The translations under genes were made by a program, and so were the position numbers. 64,000 nucleotides of DNA from Spirochaetia bacterium (GTDB lineage: Bacteria > Spirochaetota > Spirochaetia > DSM-16054 > Sediminispirochaetaceae), in NCBI GenBank assembly GCA_034520965.1, contig JAXHMY010000003.1, forward strand, positions 224,001 through 288,000, given 5' to 3'. This document shows positions 29,038 through 38,971 of the stretch, piece by piece (the first letter of the stretch is position 1; the number at the start of each line of letters is the position of its first letter). A model generated the notes under the pieces. The model had not been told where the DNA came from, searched no databases, and saw nothing but the letters and a program-made list of their open reading frames with translations.

Positions 29038-31266
29038 TTAACCGACTTTTCCCTGTACCACTGTTCCGGTAGTAACCGGTTTCCCGTTGACCGTCAGGGC
29101 AGCAGAGCCGACCATAACAGTATTATCTTTTACGCTAATGGGAATCTTAAAGAAGTCGTCGATTTTTAGTTTTTTCGGCGCAGTTTCCGGTAGAGAATAC
29201 CCCTCCAGAGCCGCACGAGTTCCCGGAACCGCTTCATCGACAAACAGTACCTCTACACTACTATGATCTTCGTCACCGGCCTTCTCTGCTGCTAACAGCA
29301 TTCCCTGGCTCTTTACACCGCGCAGCTTGGCAGGCTTTAGATTGTAGACCAGAATTATATTTTTATTCAGCAGTTCTTCCTCTTCGTAAATAGGTACGAG
29401 ACCGCTCACAATCTGTCGCTCTTCTTCATCCCCCGCATCGATGGTTTCGATATACAGTTTATCGGCTTCCGGGTGCCGTTCGACGGCGGTAATTTTTGCA
29501 ATCCGCAGATCCACCGCTTCGGTAAACTGCTCTTCAAGACTCTTTTCCGCCTGTCCTTCAGTTTTTGCTTTCTCTGTCTCTTCCATTGCCTTCCTCTCCT
29601 TCTCTTTCTCAGCCCGATCCGCCTGGCTGCCGGCAAAGCGCTCGCGCAGTCCCTTAATGAGGTCATCCTCCAGCCGCTCGAAGAGTATCTCCGGAGAGCT
29701 TATCTTTTTAAGACCCGAGAAATCTCCAATAACTTCCCATGTAGCCCCTTCCTGGCCAAGAAAACGCAATATTCTGGCGGATGTTTGGGGAATATACGGC
29801 TCTATCATCACCGCTAAATCACGCACTACATAGGCCAGTTCCATCAGCAGGCGATCTGCAGCCTCCGGATCGGTTTTCCGGGTCTTCCAAGGTTCGCCAG
29901 CTTGAAAACGGCGGTTCCCGTAGGAGGCCAGGGCGAATATTTTACGAAACCCCTGCCGCAGCTCAGCTCGTTCCATTGCTGCAGTAATTTCCGCTTCGCG
30001 GGTTTTTACTTCCTGTACAAAGTCACCCTCCGGTTCAACCTGGGGCACCTCGCCCGCTTTAAATCTGCCGATAAATGACAGGGTTCTATTTACCAGGTTG
30101 GCCAGGTTTCCAATCAGTTCACCGTTTACTTTCTCCTGAAAGTCATCCCAGGTAAAAACAGCATCCGAGCTCTCCGGCCGGTTATAAAAAATGTAAAAAC
30201 GCCACACGTCCGCAGGAATACCAGTATCTTTGGCGTCGTTTCCGAATACGCCGACGCCCTTGCTCTTGGAAAACTTCCCGCTTTCGTAGTTCAGATATTC
30301 GGTGGACGACATATGATGCAGCATGGTCCAATTCTCACCGGTAGCCAGCAGGGAAGAAGGGAAAATAACCGTATGGAAGGGAATGTTGTCCTTGCCGATA
30401 AACTGATACAGCTCGACATCCTCGGGACTCTTCCACCAGGACTCCCACTCAGCGGTCAAATCCTTGGTAATTGAGATATACCCAATAGGAGCATCAAACC
30501 ACACGTAAAAAACCTTGTCTTCAAAGCCCTCTTTCGGTACCGGGATTCCCCATTTTAAATCACGGGTAATCGCCCGCTGTTTTAGTCCGTCCCGGATCCA
30601 GCTTTTCGTCATTTGAATTGCGTTTCGCGCCCAGAAACCGTCCACCGAGGCCTTATCCATCCATGACTGAAGCTTTGGAAGGATTTCCGGTAAGTTCAAA
30701 TACAGATGTTTGGTCTGCTTCAAAACGGGAGCGGCCCCGCAGGTGCCGCAGCGCGGTTGGATTAGATCGGTTGGATCAAGCAGTTTCCCGCAATCCTCAC
30801 ACTGATCACCCCGGGCTTCCTCGTAGCCGCAATGCGGACAGGTACCCCGCACAAAGCGGTCGGCCAAAAAGCGCCGGCAGCTGTCACAGTACAGCTGCTC
30901 GATAGTCGCCTCGCTGATATACCCGTTGGCATCCACCTTCTTAAATATATCCTGAACAATTTCAGTCTGTTCCGGACGTGAGGTGCGTCCGAAATGATCA
31001 AAATTAATATCAAACCACTTGTAGATATCGTCGTGCACCACAAAATACCGGTCGCACAGTTCTTTGGGGCTTATTCCCTCTTCAAGGGCTTTAGTCTCCG
31101 TGGCGGTACCATACTCATCTGTACCGCAGACGTAAAGGGTTTCATACCCGTTGCTGCGGCAATACCGCGCAAAGACATCCGCCGACAACACCTGGATAAG
31201 GTTACCCAGATGGGGAATATTATTTACATAAGGAAGGGCCGAAGTTATCAGTCGTCTCTTTTTCAT
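29038..31266 (-). CDS. metG: Methionine--tRNA ligase with C-terminal tRNA-binding domain
   Basis: TSALPYVNNIPHLGN, Zn knuckles, YVWFDAPIGY, KFSKS, C-terminal EMAP-like domain. Confidence 0.98.
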   Translation of the reverse strand: MKKRRLITSALPYVNNIPHLGNLIQVLSADVFARYCRSNGYETLYVCGTDEYGTATETKALEEGISPKELCDRYFVVHDDIYKWFDINFDHFGRTSRPEQTEIVQDIFKKVDANGYISEATIEQLYCDSCRRFLADRFVRGTCPHCGYEEARGDQCEDCGKLLDPTDLIQPRCGTCGAAPVLKQTKHLYLNLPEILPKLQSWMDKASVDGFWARNAIQMTKSWIRDGLKQRAITRDLKWGIPVPKEGFEDKVFYVWFDAPIGYISITKDLTAEWESWWKSPEDVELYQFIGKDNIPFHTVIFPSSLLATGENWTMLHHMSSTEYLNYESGKFSKSKGVGVFGNDAKDTGIPADVWRFYIFYNRPESSDAVFTWDDFQEKVNGELIGNLANLVNRTLSFIGRFKAGEVPQVEPEGDFVQEVKTREAEITAAMERAELRQGFRKIFALASYGNRRFQAGEPWKTRKTDPEAADRLLMELAYVVRDLAVMIEPYIPQTSARILRFLGQEGATWEVIGDFSGLKKISSPEILFERLEDDLIKGLRERFAGSQADRAEKEKERKAMEETEKAKTEGQAEKSLEEQFTEAVDLRIAKITAVERHPEADKLYIETIDAGDEEERQIVSGLVPIYEEEELLNKNIILVYNLKPAKLRGVKSQGMLLAAEKAGDEDHSSVEVLFVDEAVPGTRAALEGYSLPETAPKKLKIDDFFKIPISVKDNTVMVGSAALTVNGKPVTTGTVVQGKVG

Positions 31267-31373
31267 AACTACAGACTATAGGTTCTTGTCTGCCTTCATG
31301 TCAACCGGACCGAACAACCTGATTGCCCTAGTAGCAACAGGCTGAACGGCCCGAAAAACTTAGCTTAGAAGGT

Positions 31374-32987
31374 TTAATACACCGGTTTCAGGCCGGTTTG
31401 GAAGTGCCGCAGCCGCAGCTCAGCCCCCCGGGTAATTTCAACCTTCGGAATTTTATCTCGGTTCCGGTACAGTTCGCTCACCGCAGCCACCGTATAGTCG
31501 ATATGCTCGCGGCTGTAGGCGTTCCTGGGAATGGCAAAGCGCACCAAGTTCAGAATTCCCTTTCGCTGTTCTTCATTCTTTTGGTCCCACTCAAAGGCAA
31601 AGGGTCCTAATTCACAAGCCCGGATGCCGTAATTTCGCAGCAGCTCAATGGTAAACCCTACTCCCCCGAAATCGTCTATCTTCATGTCGGAGCCTTCAAA
31701 GAAGCGGTTCATGTCAAGGTAAATCGCGTGGCCTCCCGCCGGAAGCACCACCGGGACTCCCTCTTGTGCTAATTTTCCGGCTAACAGACGGGTCTGACCA
31801 ATACGGTCATATAGATACGACTGATCGACTACCTCATTCAATCCTACAGCCAGGGCCATGATATCCCGCCCGCTTAAAGCGCCATAGGAGTCATTGCCGA
31901 ACCAGACTATCTGTTTTTCCTTTAACCGTACTCCTACATCCTCTTTGACAGTAGAAAACCGTTGCACAAACTCCCCTTTATCGCGGAGAAACAAACCTCC
32001 ACCGATATTGGAAAGCCCGTCTTTCTTTAGGCTGATGCTAAAACCGTCGGCCAGAGAAAACATCTCTTGTACAATGCTGCGGATAGACCGCTTCTTGTAT
32101 CCCTTCTCAAACTGTTTGATAAAAGCTGCATTCTCAGCAAAGCGGCAGGCATCAAAGAACAACGGAATATCGTACTTCTTAGCCAGCTTGTGTACCGCTT
32201 TTATGTTCTCAAGGCTCACCGGCTGGCCGGCAACTGTGTTATTGGTGATTGTCAGATAAATCACCGGAATATTCTCACGCCCCTTCTCCTTGAGAAAGGC
32301 TTCCAGACGCTCAAGGTCCATATCCCCCTTAAAGGGATTTTCGCTGTCCATTTTTTCCCACGGAAACTCTTCCAATACCCCCGGCTTAAACATGTTCACC
32401 GGTTCAATTCCATTCGCGGCGATATTTGCGCCGGTGGTATCAAAATGGCCGTTGTTAGGAATCCAGTAGGCTTTGCCCGGACCGTTCATTTCGTCCAGCA
32501 CCTCCCGAATAGTGCTGAACAGCAGGTGTTCGGCTGCTCGACCTTGAGGGGTAATAAAGGCATTCGGTCGGCTCAGTTGGTTCGCCCCGGCGTTGACAAA
32601 GCCCCCCTCCTCCTTAGTCAGATACACCTCGTCCATCAGTTTCTCTACATCCTTCTCACCTGACAGGATCAGCTTAAATGCTTCCCGGGGAGAATCACCC
32701 CGTTCAAAGGTGTCACGGATGCTGTCCAACAGTACAAAATAGCCCTTGTTTCTTCCGTAAGATTCATCGCCGTGAAACAAAGCCGCCCATTGGAGCTCAC
32801 TCATGGCGGTACTGCCGCTGTCGGACAGGTAATCCAACACCAACAAATCCGCGGGAAAAGAGAACATATTGTATTCAGTCTCCCGCAGGGCACGCTCACG
32901 CTGCTCAAGAGTGACGTCTTTGATATTGCGAATCACATGGGATTTATGTGCAGGTACTGGCACTCCCAGTTCATTCATCGATTTCAT
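31374..32987 (-). CDS. tnaA: Tryptophanase-like PLP beta-eliminating lyase
   Basis: LDYLSDSG, QGRAAE, HFDTT, TITNN..GQPVS, DACRFAEN, SLKKDG (PLP Lys). The C-terminal LRHF is tryptophanase-type (TPL has LRFF). Confidence 0.8.
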   Translation of the reverse strand: MKSMNELGVPVPAHKSHVIRNIKDVTLEQRERALRETEYNMFSFPADLLVLDYLSDSGSTAMSELQWAALFHGDESYGRNKGYFVLLDSIRDTFERGDSPREAFKLILSGEKDVEKLMDEVYLTKEEGGFVNAGANQLSRPNAFITPQGRAAEHLLFSTIREVLDEMNGPGKAYWIPNNGHFDTTGANIAANGIEPVNMFKPGVLEEFPWEKMDSENPFKGDMDLERLEAFLKEKGRENIPVIYLTITNNTVAGQPVSLENIKAVHKLAKKYDIPLFFDACRFAENAAFIKQFEKGYKKRSIRSIVQEMFSLADGFSISLKKDGLSNIGGGLFLRDKGEFVQRFSTVKEDVGVRLKEKQIVWFGNDSYGALSGRDIMALAVGLNEVVDQSYLYDRIGQTRLLAGKLAQEGVPVVLPAGGHAIYLDMNRFFEGSDMKIDDFGGVGFTIELLRNYGIRACELGPFAFEWDQKNEEQRKGILNLVRFAIPRNAYSREHIDYTVAAVSELYRNRDKIPKVEITRGAELRLRHFQTGLKPVY

Positions 32988-32999
32988 AGTGTCTGCTCC

Positions 33000-33380
33000 T
33001 TAAATAGCTGCAATGCCGTCAATTTCGATATCTGCACCCAAGGGTAGTTTTGCAACCTGGTAGGCACAACGGGCAGGATAATCACCTGAGAAAAAACTGC
33101 CGTAGGCTTCGTTTACCCGTTTAAAATCGCCCATATCCTGCAGAAAAATAGTCACCTTCAACAGACGGTCAAGAGAACTTCCGGCTTCTTCCAAGATAGA
33201 CTTAAGGTTTTCCATAGCCTGTCGGGTTTGATCTTCAATACTCTCGGCCACAATCTTTCCCTGTGCCGGATCAAGAGGCAGTTGACCCGATACATAGACT
33301 GTATTGCCCCAGGCTACCGCCTGCGAATAAGGACCGACCGCCGCCGGTGCCTTATCTGTGTAAATTACTTTCCGTTCCAT
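33000..33380 (-). CDS. ridA: RidA family enamine/imine deaminase
   Basis: APAAVGPYSQA, VSGQLP, YPARC (catalytic Arg), IEIDGIA. Confidence 0.93.
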   Translation of the reverse strand: MERKVIYTDKAPAAVGPYSQAVAWGNTVYVSGQLPLDPAQGKIVAESIEDQTRQAMENLKSILEEAGSSLDRLLKVTIFLQDMGDFKRVNEAYGSFFSGDYPARCAYQVAKLPLGADIEIDGIAAI

Positions 33381-33620
33381 GTACTCCTCCTAAAAAAATA
33401 TTATTACTGTAATCCAAGCTTCCGGTGTGCTTAGGTATACAGTTTTTCTCTGTCCTTTTCTCCAAGCATAGCTTCTCTGAAACAATGTTAATTCCGTTTT
33501 TAATGTTGAAAGAGGTCTCCATCAACTTCGCAAAACTTTTAATACATTTTAGCACATTTCTATAAGCAGTCAAATAGTTAGCAAAGAAGTATGCAGGAGA
33601 TTAAAAAGCAAAAGAAGGCG

Positions 33621-36326
33621 CTATTTCAGGGTTAAGTTGAACACGCCGTCCCAGCTTTCAGGGGGTGCCTTTTTCTTGAACTTGTTGCATCGACTAAGGT
33701 AAAACTGTGCAGGTCCGTCTTCCGGTTTGACCATTAGCACCTGACTAAAAAGCCCCTGTGCCGTGTCATAGTCACGCTGCTCAAAGGCCTCCAGACCTTC
33801 TTCAAAAATTTCCAAAGCTTCTCCCACATCCGGGTCAAGCTCACTCCTCTCATCTATCAGCTCGTACAAACGCACCGCCTCCTTTATGCCGACAACCCGA
33901 ACTCTGTCCAATTTTCTGCCTACAAACTCTCCGCCGGCTTCGAGAAATGTGGGTTCACTCGCCAGAATCCACGTTCCATACTGCTTGTTCACTCCCTCCA
34001 GCCGGGCAGCCAGATTTACCGAATTTCCCATGATGGTATAATCCATCTTGCGTACCGTTCCCATATTTCCCACTACCATTTCACCGGTATTTATGCCTAT
34101 CCGGGTAAAAACCGGCACCGGAGACAACCTTTCGGAAAGAAAGCGACTGTTCAGCTCCTCTTCCGCTTTTTTCATCCGTATTGCCGACCTGCAGGCTCGC
34201 GCCGCATGATCGGCGTAGTCAAGTGGAGCCCCAAAAAAGGAGATAATTGCATCACCCTCATATTTATCGATGGTTCCCTTCTGCTCTAAAATTACGTCAC
34301 TCATCTCGGATAAATACTGGTTCAGCAAACTCACCAGCTCAGTTGGATCAAGCTGCTCTGAGATAGTCGAAAAGCCCTTTACGTCGGTAAACAGGGCGGT
34401 CATATGCTTTTTGTCTCCACCGAGGGACAGCTTGTCCGGATCAGAGAGTAACTCGTTGATAACATCAGTCGATAAATAGTGACTGAAGGCGTTCTTAATG
34501 TACACCCTGTCCTTCGAAGTCTGAAGAAACTGAATCGCAGTCAGAAGTAAAAAGGTAAAAAATACGGAAGAGATCGGTATCAGAGGCGGTAAATATACCC
34601 CAGTTGTTACAAACGCACCCAGGTCCGCAGCAACAATCACCAATAAAAACAGAACACCAAAGAGCAGGGAATGAACCGGCACCATCCGTCTGATCACCAG
34701 AGTCACCAACAGTGCGGCAAAAAGTCCTATAACCATCGAATACCATTCGGGAAGCTCATCAAGAAAGTTCTCTTGAAGAATAGTATTTGCCAAAGAGGCA
34801 TGGGTACCTACGTTCATGTACTCTTCGTCGAAGGGAGTGACCCCGATATCTGTGGTGGAGGTACCCACAAAACCAATGATAATGAAGGAATCGGGAATAG
34901 CCTCGGATAGGCGCGCCCGTGAGGATGCGAGGTTTTCCTGCACGTCCCTCGCGGCCGAAAAAACTTCGGGAATCTGGCCCCTTATTTCCCGGTACTCCTC
35001 CGCCGTCTGCTCATCCAGTTGACCAGAGGAGAGTATCCTGCCTATCTCAGAATCGATGGAAGACTCCGCCGGACCCTTCAAGAAGGCCTCGACCCCGGGA
35101 AAAAACATACGACGTACTTCAATGTACTCGTCCATCAATTCTGGATCTCCCCCCTCCAGTACCTCCTGTTTGATATCTTCCGCATAATTATAGGCATCCA
35201 TAAGTGGAAAATCCCCTTCGTGGTATGCAAGATAGCCCGCCTCTTCCATTATATTCAAATTTTCAATTAATCGCTGTTCAAGCTCGCGGTTATATACCAG
35301 TTCGTAGTAACTAAGGTGGCGAAAACTCTCTTCATAGCTCTCTTGCGGCCAATTGATCAGCACGTGCTGTGTCTCGGTGAGGGGTATCCTTATATCCTTC
35401 GTTCCTCTATCCGGATGCTCGGCATCCCTCAGAGTAATAGCATGCTTGTCCAACTCTACTTCCGGATTCCCCAGCCACTGCAACAGAGGTGCAAAAGCCA
35501 GTTGCGGAAGATATTTGCCCTCGTATTCTATCAGCAGGTCTATCCGTCGCCGCACCCCGTCCGGGTCGACCTTTACGTTGGGAAAACCCGCACCCCGGGC
35601 CCGGCTCAGAATTGGGTAGATCGCAGGCCGTATCCCTTCTGCTTTGCGCAGTCCGGGATTCTCTCCCGCTACCTGTGTAAGGGCAACATGCTCCTCGGCG
35701 TATTCTATAAGGGTTTCATTCACCGAGGTATCTTCCTCGGAGAGGGCGGATGTGGTAAAAAAGCTTCTCCCGTTCAAGTGAGCCATTTTGCCGAAGTAGG
35801 CATCGTTATCCCGCTCTATATCCCGAACCTTTGCAAGCAGCGTGCTTCGAGAATTTTCGGTAAGCTGCTGCAGATCATCAATATAGCCTTCAGCCTCATC
35901 CAGGGGAATCTGCCCGGCCGCCAGGGCATTGAAAAGTGCGTCGATGTTATTTTGTACCTCTCGAAACTCCTGTTGAAACAGCTCGGGAATCTCCTTGCGT
36001 AAAACCTGTGAGTTGACCCCCAGGGGACTCTCCTCGGTATACTCGATATCAAAGACTATATGCCCGGCATCGAACTCCCGTAAAAGCAGCAGGCCGTTGG
36101 CCATAATGTCCCTGCTCCAGGGCCACACCCCTACCTCGGAAATAGCTAAATCGTCCACATCAAGCAGCAGCAGACGTTCATCCTCCTCAATTTCCGGTCG
36201 AATGGCCAGAAAAAGATCGTACAACCTGTTTTCAAAGGTCTGATAAACCGGCAGATAGCTTATAAGCGAAAACAGTAGAGTAATTAGTACGGGAATAAAA
36301 AAAATATATAAAGTTTTACCGCGCAT
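33621..36326 (-). CDS. CHASE2-domain class III adenylate cyclase
   Basis: CHASE2 motifs (WPWSR, FDIEY, DPDGVRRR, GTHASLANTIL), 3 TM helices, then the cyclase domain FTDVKGFS, DKYEGD, DYTIMGNSVNLAARLE (Lys/Asp, ATP-type), and a TPR-like tail. Confidence 0.92.
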   Translation of the reverse strand: MRGKTLYIFFIPVLITLLFSLISYLPVYQTFENRLYDLFLAIRPEIEEDERLLLLDVDDLAISEVGVWPWSRDIMANGLLLLREFDAGHIVFDIEYTEESPLGVNSQVLRKEIPELFQQEFREVQNNIDALFNALAAGQIPLDEAEGYIDDLQQLTENSRSTLLAKVRDIERDNDAYFGKMAHLNGRSFFTTSALSEEDTSVNETLIEYAEEHVALTQVAGENPGLRKAEGIRPAIYPILSRARGAGFPNVKVDPDGVRRRIDLLIEYEGKYLPQLAFAPLLQWLGNPEVELDKHAITLRDAEHPDRGTKDIRIPLTETQHVLINWPQESYEESFRHLSYYELVYNRELEQRLIENLNIMEEAGYLAYHEGDFPLMDAYNYAEDIKQEVLEGGDPELMDEYIEVRRMFFPGVEAFLKGPAESSIDSEIGRILSSGQLDEQTAEEYREIRGQIPEVFSAARDVQENLASSRARLSEAIPDSFIIIGFVGTSTTDIGVTPFDEEYMNVGTHASLANTILQENFLDELPEWYSMVIGLFAALLVTLVIRRMVPVHSLLFGVLFLLVIVAADLGAFVTTGVYLPPLIPISSVFFTFLLLTAIQFLQTSKDRVYIKNAFSHYLSTDVINELLSDPDKLSLGGDKKHMTALFTDVKGFSTISEQLDPTELVSLLNQYLSEMSDVILEQKGTIDKYEGDAIISFFGAPLDYADHAARACRSAIRMKKAEEELNSRFLSERLSPVPVFTRIGINTGEMVVGNMGTVRKMDYTIMGNSVNLAARLEGVNKQYGTWILASEPTFLEAGGEFVGRKLDRVRVVGIKEAVRLYELIDERSELDPDVGEALEIFEEGLEAFEQRDYDTAQGLFSQVLMVKPEDGPAQFYLSRCNKFKKKAPPESWDGVFNLTLK

Positions 36327-36508
36327 CCGTGCCCCCTACGTACAGTAGCAATTCGTTAAAAAGTTTATGTTGCGTTTGTTTATAAGCGTAGTATAATTGG
36401 GGTATACCAAATTGTACACATTTTATAGTGAATAAGCATCTAAAAAAGATTGGCTGACCGCAAACTTAGTGCCTTTACTTAATAGCCAACCATGACTATG
36501 GAGGTTCT

Positions 36509-36973
36509 ATGAGAAAAAAGCTCTGTCCGCATCTTTTAGTCGGCTTTCTTTTTGTCCTTTCCGTTTCTCATCTTTGTGCTCAGTCGAACGAAACCCTCGA
36601 CCGCTTTTTAGCGCAGGAAAGGGCCGTGTTCGGATATTCGGCCTATATGGTTCTGACTGCAGCAGGAGAACTGCCGGAGGAGGCTTCCCCGGAGGAGGCG
36701 GCTGCGGCGGTAAGCCGGATGGGATGGAAGAACAGCTTGTCGGCAAGTGACGATCTCATCAACTTAGGAGAGTATTCCTACTTGTTAATGAAGGCCTTCG
36801 ATGTACGCGGTGGCCTAATGTACACGCTGTTTCCCGGCCCCCGGTATGCCGCCCGGGAACTGAAGTACCTGCAGTGTATTCCCGGTAAGTCCACTCCCGG
36901 ACGGTCTATAAGCGGTACCGATGCGGTTCAAATTCTCGGTCGTGTTTTAGAGTGGAAGGAGGAGCGCTCATGA
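36509..36973 (+). CDS. Exported hypothetical protein
   Basis: SD GGAGG, signal peptide ending LCA-Q; 154 aa. Confidence 0.7.
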   Translation: MRKKLCPHLLVGFLFVLSVSHLCAQSNETLDRFLAQERAVFGYSAYMVLTAAGELPEEASPEEAAAAVSRMGWKNSLSASDDLINLGEYSYLLMKAFDVRGGLMYTLFPGPRYAARELKYLQCIPGKSTPGRSISGTDAVQILGRVLEWKEERS

Positions 36974-38268
36974 AAACCCGTGTTTCTGCCATAGGGGGCT
37001 TAATCCTGCTATTCTTCTTTTTAACCCCTCCCTTATTTTCCGAAACTGTAACCGACTGGGGAGGTTTTTTGCAGAGCACCAGCAGGGCTGCCATTCAACC
37101 GGAATACGAGTTTGACCAGGCTGTGCAAACAGGCCTTTGGCTGAGTACCGATTTTTCTGATAATTTCGGTCTCTATGCCCGGGGATCCTACATTTACAAT
37201 GAAGACCGTCCGTATTTTGCAGATATAGAGAACCTGTATGCCCGTGGGAGCTCACTGCTCGGCTCAGAGGGTGAGGAATATCTTGTTCGCTACTCCCTGG
37301 GCAGATTCCGTTTTTCCGAGTTTACCGGCTATGTACTTAACCACAACCTGGACGGTTTTCGGCTGAACTTCGAACTGCCGGCCCTCTCTTTTGAGGCCTC
37401 CGCCGGTTACACCGGCCTTACCTTTGTGCCGAGTTCATCCATATTAGTTACTCAGAGCGATTTCGACCTGCAGGAAAATGTAGCTGATCACGGGTATGAG
37501 CTTAGCTCCCCAAAGCTCATTGAAACCCTGAAAATGACTATTCCCGCAGTTGCCTTTGAGCAGGAGCTGATTCTTAACGTAGTGCTTCAGCAGGATCTGC
37601 AGCCGGAAGAAAACTTTACAAACACGGATGACCGTATACACAGTGAACACATCGGGTTCGGATTACGGGGTGGTCTTGCGCCGTCGCTGTACCAGAACCT
37701 GTTTCTTTACCTGAACCGCGGCCACGGCAAATACGCTACCGCGGCATCGTTGTTTGGCGGCGGCCTTAGCTACTACAATCAGGACTTCCTTTTTACCAGA
37801 GTTCGAGTAAGGGGGCTCTACTCCTCAGGAGATAACGATTACAACTTCTTTTACGGCGGGTACGGGGGAGAGAGAATTTCCAGCCACTTTATTACACTGT
37901 CCTCCTCTCCTCAATTCGGAATTGTTTTTTCCCCTCAAATTGGAAATATGTCCCTTGGTGAGATATCATTTTCTATGAGGCCTTTCTCCAAGACGAATAG
38001 CCGTATCCTTGAAAAGTTCCAAACAACCTTGGCGGCAATTACCTTCTTTAGAAACACCGGAGGAGTTATTTCGGAAGCGGGCATCGACCTTACATCCGAT
38101 AAATCGTATCTGGGAAGCGAAATTGACCTGTCCTTGCAATTCAGGCCCCTTTCCGATGTGGGCATAACCCTTTCCGGAGGCTTATTTTTTCCGAACGAAA
38201 AAGTTTTCATGGAAGCCTATGACAACATGAAGTCGGTGGCCCGCCTTGATGCTTCTTTCAGGTTTTAA
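36970..38268 (+). CDS. Putative outer-membrane beta-barrel protein
   Basis: Signal peptide, alternating amphipathic beta strands, C-terminal ARLDASFRF ending in Phe. Confidence 0.7.
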   Translation: MKTRVSAIGGLILLFFFLTPPLFSETVTDWGGFLQSTSRAAIQPEYEFDQAVQTGLWLSTDFSDNFGLYARGSYIYNEDRPYFADIENLYARGSSLLGSEGEEYLVRYSLGRFRFSEFTGYVLNHNLDGFRLNFELPALSFEASAGYTGLTFVPSSSILVTQSDFDLQENVADHGYELSSPKLIETLKMTIPAVAFEQELILNVVLQQDLQPEENFTNTDDRIHSEHIGFGLRGGLAPSLYQNLFLYLNRGHGKYATAASLFGGGLSYYNQDFLFTRVRVRGLYSSGDNDYNFFYGGYGGERISSHFITLSSSPQFGIVFSPQIGNMSLGEISFSMRPFSKTNSRILEKFQTTLAAITFFRNTGGVISEAGIDLTSDKSYLGSEIDLSLQFRPLSDVGITLSGGLFFPNEKVFMEAYDNMKSVARLDASFRF

Positions 38269-38281
38269 AGTGAGGATCAAA

Positions 38282-38971
38282 ATGAGAGAATATAAAACAA
38301 TACCAATTATTTTGCTGCTTATTGCTGTGCTTCTGTTGCTCGCCGCACCGGTCTACTCGGTGAATGCAGTAATAGAGGAAACAAAGGGCAAAGTAGAGCT
38401 CAAAGCCATCGGGGGCAGCTGGCGGAAAGCGGAAGTCGGTATGGAGATTGGGCTCGGAACCACCGTTTCAACGGGTTTTAATGCCAACGCGAAAATTGCT
38501 ATCGGTGACACCGTACTGGAGGTAAAACCGCTTACCCGCATGGAGTTGGAGGAGTTAATAGAGAAAGAGGGGACCATCGACACCGAACTCAACCTAAAAG
38601 TCGGCAAGATAAAGGCAAATGTGCGTTCCTCCGCAGGGCTTCAGAACAACTTCAAGCTGCGCAGCGCCCAATCTACCGCAGCGGTGCGCGGTACGGTTTT
38701 TGTATACGACGGGTACACCTTAAGTGTGGAGCAAGGGCGAGTATCCCTAAGCAACAAGCTCGGGCAGGTACGCTCGGTAGGCAGTGGCGAACAGAGCAGT
38801 ACCGACGGCTATTCCGTACCTTCTCATGTGGAGGATGCTATTTCTTCGGTTTTTAATCTTGATCCCGGCGCGTTGGATGAGGATGCGGTTGTGGAGTTTT
38901 TAGAACAAGAGTATCCCGAATATGCAACCTTAATTCTTAAGCTGTATTGGGATTTTGGAGGAGTGGAATGA
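38282..38971 (+). CDS. Exported FecR-domain protein
   Basis: Signal peptide; GTTVSTGFNANAKI, LNLKVGKI, STAAVRGTVF, LSVEQGRV. Confidence 0.85.
   Translation: MREYKTIPIILLLIAVLLLLAAPVYSVNAVIEETKGKVELKAIGGSWRKAEVGMEIGLGTTVSTGFNANAKIAIGDTVLEVKPLTRMELEELIEKEGTIDTELNLKVGKIKANVRSSAGLQNNFKLRSAQSTAAVRGTVFVYDGYTLSVEQGRVSLSNKLGQVRSVGSGEQSSTDGYSVPSHVEDAISSVFNLDPGALDEDAVVEFLEQEYPEYATLILKLYWDFGGVE

Noticed and set aside
33381..33620. TnaC-like leader peptide upstream of ridA-tnaA
   Set aside because: The short minus-strand ORFs examined (MLGEKDREKLYT and the 73-aa ORF) contain no Trp and no TnaC-like ending.
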